Assembly (NCBI GenBank): GCA_010093815.1
Contig: ML996566.1
Strand: one strand, 5' to 3'
From: Pseudovirgaria hyperparasitica
Lineage: Eukaryota
Length of the DNA stretch: 64,000 nucleotides
Shown: positions 12,950-24,932 of the stretch, in pieces
How the letters are laid out: each line of letters begins with the position of its first letter
Position numbering within the stretch: the first letter of the stretch is position 1
Program-made: the position numbers and the translations under genes
Notes under the pieces: model-generated
Told to the model about the DNA's origin: nothing
What the model saw: the letters and a program-made list of their open reading frames with translations, nothing else
The model's database searches: none

Positions 12950-13699
12950 ATCAATTGAGTATGGCGTATGTCCAAGCAATAAGCTTCTTCTGGGGAGCAC
13001 ACGATGGCTACTCAATGTAAAGAGTGCAAAGCTCGGGATTACGCGAATGCCTCTTTGTCAAATCGTATATCCTTACTTGTTTGACCTATGCCTTGAACTA
13101 AAAAGCCGAAGTTCGAGCTTCCCCCAAAAAGTAAAGAGAAAGCAAGATAGAAAAGAGCAAAGAAAGCAACAAAGCGCAGCACGGCTAGCATACCAACAGC
13201 TTCAGGTGGTATGGATGGAGATGAAATGAAGAGAGTTCGATGGATGAACTTTCGGAGGCGAGAGTGTAGTGTATAGGTCTATTGACTGACGAGTACGCCT
13301 AGATACACAAAGGAGCTACAAGATGCCCATATGCACTTACCTAGGCAATCAGAAGATACACATAGAAGCCGTCTGTCCAACCGTCCAGTCCAGGAGCCCA
13401 TCCGCTCGAACCATAGCCGCTCGACGAATCTACGCAGCGGCATATCTCAGCAAGCAGGCTGAGCAGTCTGTCATGGCTAGAGCTCATAAAGCCGCGTAGC
13501 AGCACACTAGACATCTAGACAGGCGCCGCGGTGCTCGGAGAAGGTTGCATCGAAGCATGGGTCTCGACGATAGTGGACGTGTAGTGGGACCGATGACGCT
13601 TCTCATGCTTCTCCACGGCGCCACGAAGAGACGAGAAATGAGAGACTGATGAGCTGCAGCGGGAATTGCGTTTGGTGAAGACTGAAGAGTGGTAGTTGG

Positions 13700-13850
13700 G
13701 CAGAGATAACGGTCTCAGATAACGATATTACGCAAACAGGATTAGCGCTGCCAAGAGTACAAGTTTAGGGCGATAGATAACGAACGGGATAGTCTGCCTG
13801 CGCCCGGCTGAGATCGACGGAGAAAGACTCCGGCAAGCACTCCGGCACGC
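13700..13850. promoter_or_regulatory. GATA-site cluster plus CGG motifs in the niaD-niiA spacer (AreA/NirA-type control region)
   Basis: AGATAA x3 plus CGATAT, CGATAG and GGATAG within about 95 bp. ACTCCGGCA occurs twice (13827, 13839). Confidence 0.55.
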
Positions 13851-13924
13851 ACGTGACTCTGGGTAATTTTCAGAAGGTATGGTATCAGACCTAAGTGGTC
13901 AGGGGTAATTAACAGATTCGAGAT

Positions 13925-16774
13925 CTAGAAAAAAAGTAGGTCATCGTCTCGCCACCCCAGGTCCTCAACAAGGATCTTATGACAGCTCTTCTCAAGCGCC
14001 TCTGGCCCGCAGAGGAGAACCATTACTCCCTCTTCTCGTGTACCCGCATGCTCTTTCAGTAGTGGTGCAGCGATACGTCCTCGAAGCCCAGTCCAGTCGT
14101 CAGGTCCTTGGGTAAGAGTATACAGCAGCTTGCAGCGATCGTCGTTGCCCAGTGCCAACTGATCCAGGTCGTCTTTGCAGAGGATATCTTCCACAAGCCT
14201 GTTCCCGTCCAAAACTACACACTTCGTTGGATCCCCCTTGTCTTTCATGACTGCGCGGAAGATTTGGTAGATTGGTGTGATTCCACTGCCACCACTGATC
14301 ATAATGAACTTCTTGATGTGTCGTTTGGCGTTGTTCACCGCGCACTCGCCTCGCCCAAGGTATTCAAACTTGCCGATCGGGCCTTTGAAATCGACGAAGT
14401 GGCCGATCGGCAGAGCGTCCATGGCTTTGGTCATTTTACCGCCAGCTTTCTCCTTTGTGTCAAAGTAGACTTTAACAAGAACGTCCATGTATCCTTTGCT
14501 GGTCGTCTCTGAGATTGGTGTGTAACTTCGGATGATTGCTTCACGTGTGACTGGATCGCGAAGCCGGATCATCAGATGCTGCCCAGTGGGTAGGCCGAGA
14601 CCTTGCTCGTCATGATCGAGCTTAAATGTAAATATCCGCGTGTCCCAAGAGACAGTAGTTTTCTTGCTCAAGATGGCCTTGCTCCATGATCGAGATGTCA
14701 GGAATGTAGCACGAGGCTCACTTGATTCAGGGGCTTGGACTTCGCCCTCGCTCAAGACTTTACGGGAGGCTTTGTCCAGCGAGCCGATGTGGTAGTCTGG
14801 CATCATGGCTTTAGCAGTCTCGCTATCTGTAAATGTGTTAGTGCCGGAATGGAATGTTTGCACCTTGGAACACTCACGGATTGCCATAAATTCGTCCGTC
14901 GCATCCATGCCGGCGGCAGATATAATGCTCTGTGCGCCACCTGGATGCCCTTCCAAAAACGCCGTGCCATCATATACCTCGCCATTGACAACGAACCATG
15001 GCTCTTCAGGTCTATCATGCTTTCGCAGCTCATCTATTGTTATCTGCTTGTTGATCTTGTCGTTTGTCATTTTGACTTCCGCCGCCTCTTCATTGATCAC
15101 ATTCTCGGCGTCTTCTCCGCCTAACTTCTCTCCCCAATATCCATTCGTGAGGTTTCCACCGGACTTTTTGACCCTTTCCATCCATCCTCCGGCGATCAGG
15201 GCCGGCTGTGTTGGATGCTCAAAGCGGAGATAGTCACCTTCGTGGTGGACAGCGACTCTGAACCAAGGGTTGTTCATCATGCCAAGAACTGACCAGTACA
15301 TATCTCGTGGTTGTAGATTCATACTTTCATCCATACCACGGACTATGATATCATTTGCACCCTTGAGTTCGTTGACAGGGATATCAAGATGCCAGAAGCA
15401 CCAACAAAAGCTCGCTTCACGCCACCACATATCCAACTTTCCACCATATAGCTCTTGGTCTGGCGCTTCTCTGTACTTGTCTTCTGCATATTCGATATTC
15501 GACAATCTCCACGTCTTTCCTTTGTCAATTGAGATCTCAACGCTGGTCACTCGTCGACCTCCACCACCATATGCGTACCCTTTTACACGGTAGTTCTCCG
15601 GCGCACCGACAGTACACAGCTGCTCCTCATGCGCCGGATATGCGATTGCAGAATTGGTGCTGAGATCGTAAATGGCGTAGCGCTCATCTGTCCACCACTC
15701 GGGCTTGTTGGCTGATTCTTCAGGCGAGACCATGGTCCTGGTATGGTCAATATTGGCCTTAACGTAGATTGTAAGGATGCCCACTTACGGCAGCACTCTG
15801 TTGTCATAGATATGGTACCAGTTATCACTTGGTGCTTCGGCGAGAATGAGCTTCTTGAGCCACTTGACACTTCTACCTCCGATCTGACCAGGTATCACAA
15901 CCCGTAGCGGCTTGCCATGATCCGGTCGCAACATTTCGCCGTTCATCTTATGAGCAAGCATCATACCCCTGTTAGGATCCATAGCCCAATTGAGCTTGAC
16001 TGAGGTCCCGTAATAGCCATTAGGCTACCAGAGTCAGCATTAGAAGAGATAGATGTAGGTGTATGAACGTACTAGCTTGTCAGCGCCCTCCATGCATACA
16101 TACTTTGCTGCACGCCTTGGGCATGCTTTACGGAGGACGTCTCCCAAAACCACCCCCGTCCAGAGCGCAGTTGAAACACCAGCAGCACCCCATGAGAAGC
16201 CTTTGGTCTTGCGGACGACGTTCTGCTCCTTGCGTCGGTTACCAGCACAAACGAGAGTGATTGGATATGTTTTCTGCTCGTATTCTGCGATAAGGTCTTT
16301 CAGAGTGATTCTAAGCGGCTTATCCACGAGTCTAGACGGGATGTCAGTATAGCAATAAAGGTATATAGAAATGACTAATTACCCTTCAACAGAGAACTCC
16401 CAGTCAGGGATGTCTTCATCTCTAACCTCGGGCACATGGCCGTGATTGCGCACGTAGAAGAGGTCGGGACTGGTAAGAAACCCCTCATTATACAGATCCG
16501 ACAAAGGAGCCTCGACATTAAAGGGATGTACACCAGTCAGTCGTATCAGGCGTGGATCTCGAGGCACATGAGAGTCCGGAGTCTTGAGATCGACGTCGAG
16601 TACTGAAGGAAGCGTAGTAGGTGGTGGTAGAGGAAAGTCATACTCGTCAAGAGGAACTTCTACAGGCTCTGGAGTAGAACGTCTTGATCTTTCACCGGCT
16701 TCTGTGGCAGGAGGGGACGGCGGTAGATGAGCTGCATGAATAGGCGCCTTTTCGTCAATTATCACATTTCCCAT
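13925..16774 (-). CDS. niaD: Assimilatory nitrate reductase (Moco, cytochrome b5, FAD/NADPH domains)
   Basis: RLTGVHPFNVE, FYVRNHG, TLVCAGNRRKEQN, DHGKPLR..PGQIGGRSVKWL, GMMNNPWFRV, b5 HPGG, GLPTGQH, RSYTP, GGSGITP, LCGP. Four introns. Confidence 0.98.
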
Positions 16775-17840
16775 GACGGATTGAGAAGCAGTATCAGATA
16801 TGGAATCAAATGGTCACCAGAACTAAGGTCAAACTTGCATAAACATGTAGACACGAGATAACACCAAAGATGAGGGATATAGATAGGGAGATTGTACAAG
16901 CAAGTCCCAACAGCCATCAGATGAGAACTGATAATGTGACATCGGACAGAGGCGAAGAGTTCCATGCTAAGAGCCGGCAATATCATGTATTTGCGTTTCG
17001 TCATCGTCTTCGCAAGACTCCCCGGAGAAAGCGTAACTGTAGCGGGACCTAGACCTGATCATGGCTTTAGCCAGGGACGGCGCTGAGCAGCGCGTCAGTA
17101 AGCTCAAATGGGCGGGTAACGTTCCGATAGAGATGTACGAAGATCGGTCGATGCGTGACCGTCGACGATAGCGTGGTCAGACAGCGGTCGAGAAGGCGGA
17201 CGGACGGGATTGCGATGGGCAAGAGGTGGGCGTGTGCGCGGAAGAGAGAGAGTGTGAGTGTATTATGGACATGAAAGGATTCCTTATCAAGGCCCAGCCA
17301 CAATGAATGCTCACTCACTCGCTTGTCAAAATGCTTGTTTCCTCCCTGGCTGCTTGGCGGTGCTTTGGGGCGTTGGGGGCTCGGTGATAAGCAGAAGGAG
17401 CTACCTCGGTGGCTTGAAAGAGCGACGGATGCGCGGGTGGGCCCGCTAAAGTCCAGGGATCAGCAGCATGGCAAATCATGGAGTCTAGCCTGGCATGTTT
17501 CTCCGTTGTTCTCATACAAATATACATCCATCTCCGAACAGACACTGCGTCATTACGTCGATTTGACCACCTATCCAACTGTGAAAACCGACTTTCGCCC
17601 GGTTGGCCATGTTTCCAGACGACGTAGAGTCAGAAAGAAATTGCGATATGTTGTGCTTGATATAGAGTATCTAGTTATAGGCAACATCTCAATTCAACAG
17701 TTCATAGCTTAAGCATACCAACACTGACTATACCCATACCATTGATTTTCGAAATAACACACTTATCGCACGATATTTACATGTAGTAGTTCCTAGATCC
17801 GAGTAACGCTGAGCTTAATGCACTAATAACAGCTTTACTG

Positions 17841-18016
17841 TTACCGTTTACTCTCGACTTTCTACACTTGATACTTGAACTAAGCTTTATCTAGTAGCCA
17901 GAGTTGACTAATGTTAGAGTAGGTATACTAATATTATATATACTATCACCGTTAACTCTCGATTTTCTACACTAAATACTTAAACTAAGCTTTATCTAGT
18001 AGCTAGAGTTAACTGA
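17841..18016. repeat. Imperfect ~70-bp direct repeat in an AT/TpA-rich, RIP-like relic (about 17700-18300)
   Basis: Copies at 17841-17911 and 17946-18016 share ACTAAGCTTTATCTAGTAGC. Differences are mostly TG>TA and CA>TA. Confidence 0.85.
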
Positions 18017-18534
18017 ATCTCTAATGGATATACTCAATCTATACCTCCTATGGCTGTTGTTTATGTAGATATTCTACTTAATAGATTATTATAAGACTGT
18101 TAAGTAGCTATAAACGAATAAAAGTGGAGCTACCTATAATAATATAATCTCAAATGACCCTACTAATTCTACATATGCTTGTATCTCGTTATCTATTTCA
18201 AAGGTAACTAATAGCTAGAATCATCTAATTCATAGATATACTACGTATTAATGGATGCTTCCCAACAACGAATTCATTTAAGCCACTCCTTGGAACACGT
18301 ACTACAGCTATTTCCGAGTGATTGATCCATACTATCATAGTCTGTATATGCTATTTCAGAGCGTTTCAGGTGAAGGGAACCACGAAGAATGCCGTATTGT
18401 TTACGGGATCACGCTTATTCACCGCTCTGTTTTCACTATAATCATGGTCACGTCATCACATTTCACATTTATGACACCCAGAAAACTCGCTTTTATTGTC
18501 TTCTTCTAACTTCCAAGTGGTGTCTCTCCAAGGT

Positions 18535-20155
18535 CTATCCTCTGCCCACCGCCTCCACGAACCATTGCGGCACCTCTTGGTCCGCAATGATTGCCGTGAG
18601 CCCCGCCGCCTCAATGGCCACCCGCGCCGCCTTCAGCCTGTTGAGGGGGTGTTGGTCTGCAAGCTCCCCCAGGTACGCCTGGTTAACCAAGTCGAAAGCA
18701 TCGACATGGAAGGATACCATGCAGGCCGTGTCGTATCGGAGTTCAATGAACTCCAAGGACAACTCCTCAACAGACTTCAGGCGCGCTACCTCCAGCGCCG
18801 TGGCAGTGAGCCAGTCAAGCTCTACCTGCTCAAGCCCCCACGACCGCTGGTACCTGCTCTTCGCCGTATACTCCCCATCCCTGGGGGCGGCATCCCCCGT
18901 GTTGGAAAGCTTGTTGAGGTCCAGGACAAGCCTCCGAAGTGCCTTTGGGAGGCACTGTCCCAATTGCTTGGGCCGGATGTGGAAGCTTATCTGCAGCTCT
19001 TCAAGGCTTGTGAAGTCGCTGACGTCGAGCCTGTCCCCGGGCAACGCATCTCCAAAGTCTAAGATGCAGAGAGAGCGGAGTGTTGCCCGGAAAGGCAGCA
19101 AGACAGTCCGCAGGGCAGAATAGGACCAGTGGCAGGAGGGTGGTGTAGAGTGCCCTACTGGGCAGTTCATTCGTAGACTGAATGCTTGCAGGCTGGTCGA
19201 CAATCGTACAAACTTAGCGACATCTCTACACTCTGGCCAGTTATTCACTCTCTCGATGTGTAGCTCTCTGAATGCCTCTGGCCGATTGCCCTTCTGCGAG
19301 AACCACGTATTAGCATAGCTTCCAGGGCGTATAGTAAGTGCTAGTAAGATGTAGCAATGAGATTACAATAGGGATACTTACTGCTGCCTTGAATGGGGTG
19401 GGCGGAGCAACACCACGAAGAGGTTTCAAAGGTAACTTCCCGTGACCATCAAAACCGATGCTCAACTTGCGACATGTGTGACCCTTTCTGAAGACCACAC
19501 CGGCTTCGTCGAAATTGGCGCGGAATAATGACAATTCCTCCAGCACAGGAAGCACAGGTAGCTCTTCTGCAAAGTTCTGATCGATTTTCGTTAGGGTGAG
19601 AGACTTTAGGTTGGCGAACAGGGGCTTCTGATCGAACTGCAATAGTTCTAGTGACGCATAATTCCTGAATTCCACTGTCAAGGAGCGGCAGTATTGCATG
19701 AGTGCCCGATTGCTGCGTATAGCGCGACGGTACTGCAAGAAGGGGCCTCGTTCGTAGAAATCGTTCTGGACAATGATTGAACCTTCGCAGTCTTCGTAGC
19801 GGGTTTTGGATAACATGAGGGTTCTGATATCTGAATATAGGAACTTCAAAAAGACTGAGTAGAAAAGGCGGCAAACACGAGTAAGTGTGAGTGCTACGTG
19901 TTGGTCATGCGAATGAATGCAGTCTTTGCATCTCGCAGGGCACTCCCTTTCCCTGTGGCCAGGGGATGTAATGATCTTCCAGTGATTACATCCTCCCGTT
20001 CTCGTCTCGGCGTGTATATGATCTGGATTCTGTTCGTAGTTGCTTTCACAGTGGATACCCGTGAGTAGTGGATAGAGAAGCTCAAGGAGTTCTGTAGGAA
20101 AGCTCAGGATGCGTGGCGACGCAACTGTCTTCTGCGGTGACAAAGTGCTAGACAT
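18535..20155 (-). CDS. F-box-like protein with degenerate leucine-rich repeats, 2 exons
   Basis: N-terminal ILSFPTELLELL and LTRVCRLFY. LxxLxL units NLKSLTL, LEELSL, LRSLCI, SLEELQI, ALRRLVL. The intron from 19381 (GTAAGT..CTAAT..CAG) joins the two ORFs in frame. Confidence 0.65.
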
Positions 20156-20435
20156 TTTTGGATAAGCAATGATGAGAAAGATGTGGTTGTAGAATTGTTC
20201 GCTGGCCAGGTTTGTGGGTGCAGAGAGGAAGCTGAGATCGTGAGTTCTGGCACAAGATAAATATCAACAACGCACGAGCCCCCTGGGCCCTGACAAGGCA
20301 AGCAAACACAGCCATTAGACCCGGTGAAATCCCTCCAATGGAGAGCCGAGATAGACTGCTGTACCATTCACTTGCAAGGGAAAATCAAAGTCACCTGGAT
20401 ATTGAGTTGTACCTATTGTCCTACTTCAGTTCCTT

Positions 20436-22566
20436 CTAATGGAACTTCGCTTCTACAGCACCATATCGTACCCCATCTACTTTCAGTTCGAACATTAGGC
20501 CCGCACTCTGTATCCGCATGTCAAGTGTGAAGTCTAGGTTATCGAATTCTACTCCTTTGGTGGTCGTCAGTCTTGTGAAGAGGCTTCTCGGTACGGTCCC
20601 GAGGTCTGTAGTCAACGTGCAGACACTGATTAGTCCTTTCTGATATGAATCAGGCGCAGTGTCACTATCGCATGCAATGAGATCGTCTTCCACGACTAGT
20701 GATTGTCCTGGTCTAAAATTACGCGTGTAGTGGAAGGAGATCGGTTGGCTCTCGGAGACTTGGGCGCCCTACGGTAGCGTTAGAAAAGTATTAGTTATTG
20801 GGAGGGAGGGTAAGATAGCGTTACCTTTGCAATATGCCATTGCATTCTGTCACTGACCATCCATCGTTCCCAGAGTGGACTCCAATATCGATCACTGATA
20901 GGATGTTTGACCTCATCGAAGACAGTGGCATAACTCGTACCGTAGTGCCATCTACTCCTTCTACTGACGACCATGCCCCCTTCTAGACCTCTTATGACTG
21001 CACCACGTACGACAGCTGTCCAAGCGTACATTGGGTGCATTACTTCAATGCTCTGTGGTGAGTTCAATGCTACCGCGTGTGTGGGTCGTTCTGTATAGGG
21101 GGGTGGTGGGGCAGTGTTGAAATGTGACTTCATCCGGCTGTATAGATAGTTGGACTGGCCAAAGCCCCCGACAAGAACAATTCCGCTCACGATTCCACCT
21201 TTTGCTCTGATTGTGTCGACTTGTCCTTCCACGAGCGCCACAACCTCCTTGATGACTGGCTCGAATATATCCTTGACTTGTTCTGCCGTCATAACTAGGA
21301 ACCCACTGTCAAGACCGGCTTCTTCATCATCAGGCATACCTGGAAATGGAACGTTGACTTCGTTGTGCTCATCCTCGTTGAAATTCCGCTTCACGAATTC
21401 CTCAAAGTATTTGAGACCCATGTTCCACGTCTTTGCTTTCTTCTCACGCATATGATTGTACCGTTCCTCTCCTATTCGCGATCTAACATGATCCTCGAAT
21501 CGATAATTGAGAAATGCCGATCCGCAGAGCCCTCCAGTGCCAACTGCTGACTCTTCGACTTTCAAAGGTGTAAGTTGTGTAATTTTATATGCAATCAGAT
21601 CCACCGTACCACCACCTACACACACTAATTAGCTTTCGTCAGAAACTAGAAACCTTTGGAAACGTACCAGCATCACATACTATAAAGTTGTCACCGACTC
21701 GGAGATGATTTGGTTGTATGGCTTTCAGGGTGTAAACCGCCGCAGCTTCGGGTTCTGATATAAGCTTGAGATCATGCATATTACCCATCCCAGCCCGTTC
21801 AGCTGCCTGGAGAGTCGCATTCTTTGCCGAGTCTGACCATACCGCAGGCACAGTCAAGACAAATTCCACTTTGGTTGTAGACATGAATGTCTCCCCATAT
21901 CTCCTCGACAAGGTTTCCATTGTATGTTTGTATATCTGTGTCAGGTAGTCTGATACCGCATCCATCACTGTACGATCATATTTCCGAAGCTGTGCAGCTG
22001 TGTCGAGGGACGAGACGAAGTGTGGTAGCTTTTGATTTCGATCTAGAAACAACTTGATGCAACGTAGTCGCGACTCTTCTGGTTTAAACTGGAACCCCCA
22101 TTTGATCTTCTTGGGCGATTTCCCGCGCGGTTCACCATCGAATATTGGCGAAGCAGGAGTGGTATCAGGGGAGGTTTCGTAGGCTATCTCAGTTGGGACT
22201 TTATCGCTGTTCACAAGCATTATTAGTGGGCTTCGTAATGATACAACTATGTTACAGAACATACCTGGTGAGACCATTGGAAGAAGGCCATGTCTTTATT
22301 ATGTCTATATCATCTGGATTGGCGCTATATACCGTCGCGACACTTGCATTACCAAATCAGCAGCTTCCCCTGAGTCATCTTAGATACACAAACCCCGAGT
22401 ATGTCGTCCCAAAGTCCACACCGACTACCAGTCTATCCGTGGGAGCAACTGGAGGAAATTGTGCGGTAATTGAAGATGCAGTATTGAGTGACAAGTTATT
22501 AAGACTGTCGGAAAGATTGGTAGCAGGGTTTTGGGCATGAGGCGACTGGAGACTGCGAGTAGACAT
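20436..22566 (-). CDS. Atypical Hsp70 (HSPA12-like, actin-fold ATPase), 5 exons
   Basis: VVGVDFGTTYSG, KVPTEIAY, WGF, LTVPAVWSD.AK, ISEPEAAA, VCDAGGGTVDL, GGLCGS, IVLVGGFGQS, AWTAVVRGA. No canonical SBD lid or EEVD. Confidence 0.93.
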
Positions 22567-23251
22567 GGCGCCCGTATCTAGTTACCTAGCACGCTGGGAG
22601 AGCACAGTATGGAATTATTTCCTGACAAGATAATAGCGTATCGCGGTGGTAGGAATACAATTGCCAGCTGTTCGGGGTCGGAAAGATCTGAAGACTGGTT
22701 TCTAGATTCGCACTTTACTACGAGGACGCCAAAGGAGTCGCTTCGAGGGTGCGGCGTCGAGGGACCGTGTTGCTCTTGGAGTCGAGAATCAGCCAGACTT
22801 TGATCTTTTCATGGGAGCCTAGGAGTAGCGAGGCTTTTCATCCTCATATACAGCGGCAAGACAGGTGTTTAGTGTTAGGCATCAAAGATGCAATGCGCAT
22901 ATCTTTGAACTGGACGGACATGGGAGGTTATTTGATCTTCCCTCGTCCCATCAGTTCGGTACCAAATCCATGGCGCCCTTCCCCTCCCTAAGATGGATCT
23001 ATTCTAGGGTGACTGGGTGGGGGCCAATAATGCAGCCAGACTAATGCAGAGCGTGGATCCAAGCACGCCGCCACATGAAATTGATACAGCGACATCTCTT
23101 CCCTTCTCCCCCTGTCATGATCGCGTGTTAGGCAGCCTTGTGAGGACGGAATCTAACATACGCCATGAATTTGCCTTGCTATATGTGAGGTGTGCAGTGG
23201 CTTCAATGTTCTTTGCTGCTTGGAGCATCATCAAAGCTGCTGGATTACAGC

Positions 23252-24909
23252 ATGCCGAGAGGTGTTGAGGGTAAGAGCTCCGAGATCCACTTTACGGGCA
23301 TGTCCTGTCAAGAATAATGCTGATGTAGTCCAGACGTATCTAAACGTGATAAAGGAGGCACCAAAGTCCTCCCACAAAGGTCCAAGACCACCAAAGGATC
23401 CTCTGCGCTGTCCATTACAAGCCCACCCAGAGTAGCAATTGTGCCTGGAAAAAGTGGAAAGGGCGACAATACCGTACGGCGAGAGAAGAGCATGAAAGGA
23501 CTGTTACGACCGTCTCATGGAGCATTCGGTATCCAAAAGCCTGGCAAACAACAGCCACCGATTGAAGTTCCTTCGGACCCGCAAGCCAACGAGGGGTCCT
23601 CAGCTACCAAGGATCACGGATCGTATATAGAAGCTACGGACAAGAATACGCACCAGCAGGGCATGGCTGACCGAGGAGGCGCGCTTGCGCGTTCTTATGA
23701 AGAGCATTCGCGCTTACAGGCAGACCTGGATGACAGTGGTCCTGACAGCAGTCCACCTCATAGCCCAATGCTTCCTATATCACCTATCGGGGCCCCGGAG
23801 AACTTTTATGCAAATCTTAGTCCACTGCAATCTGCCCCAGAGTCTTGGACAACGGACCGAGGCAATCTGGAAGATCAGGTCCTCGAACTACAATCCAGAG
23901 TTCACAGTCTCCAAAGCGATATAGCTGACCGTGACAACTATTGGAAAGCGCAGTGGGAACGCGAAAGTAGAGAGCGAATCTACGAGCGGAATGCTCTGGC
24001 TGAAGATCTTCACACAGCCCAGAAAGATGCACTTGACAAACGGAAGCAGCTTTTGGATCTCAAGCAGAGTATTTCGTCTTTGACTCATATTGAGAATCAG
24101 GTCACTGATGGAGAGGTCGCTGAACGCATGGATGGCCTATATCATCGAGTCAGAAATTGGGTTGTTAGTAACTACCGCAGATCACAACCAGGTAAGAACA
24201 AATGTCTCCGTTTGAGCCATGTCGCTTGTTCAAACTTTGCATTGACGCTATTTTGGTAGACCTTGCCTGCCTCTCTAATGTACATCTTCAGCGCCTGTCA
24301 AACTGTGTGCCACGATATCAGGATCTCGATCTTCGCACTTGGAAGATAAGCGTCTATCAAGCTATGGTCATGCGTGAACTTATTTATATTTTTCAAGACG
24401 AACATTGCTACGGGCTACCCCACGATGGAATACTTGGTCAGGTACGCACGTTGGCACAAGAATTAAGATCCACTGGACTCGAATATCGAAAATGGCATAG
24501 TGGAACTGTCGAGCTTCTTCTTCGCACTTCTCCTGACTCACTCGTTCAAAATACCAAAAATCTGGCATTGAAAATGGCCGACGATCTCCTCGATATTTTA
24601 CACGCCATATCTTCTGTTGAGGCAACAGATTCTGCTCATATCGCTCTTCATAATATTATCATGGAGGCGATAGGGATATCGAGGCTTCTCCGCGTCCAGA
24701 TTCCGCTATACAGTGTATTTTTGCCTCGCGAAGAGCAATTCGATGCGGCAAATATGCAGCTGACTGACGAGCAGGACGAGGAGGATGAGCAGAAGCTTAT
24801 TGCGTTGGCGGTGACGCCCTGTGTACAGAAGATTAGCGAAGAAACGAATGACGGATCCCTTACGAAACGAACCATTCACAAAGCCAAGGTTGTCTGCCTG
24901 CCATGTTAA
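23252..24909 (+). CDS. Coiled-coil protein with a helical domain and GrpE-head-like C-terminus, 3 exons
   Basis: Exons 23252-23270, 23334-24191 and 24260-24909 splice in frame with canonical sites. Coiled coil LEDQVLELQSRVHSLQSDI..LLDLKQSI, motif QVTDGEVAERMDGLYHRVRNWV, and tail FDAANM...IALAVTPCVQK...TIHKAKVVC. Confidence 0.8.
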
Positions 24910-24932
24910 ATGTATCTTCTGATACAGGAACG

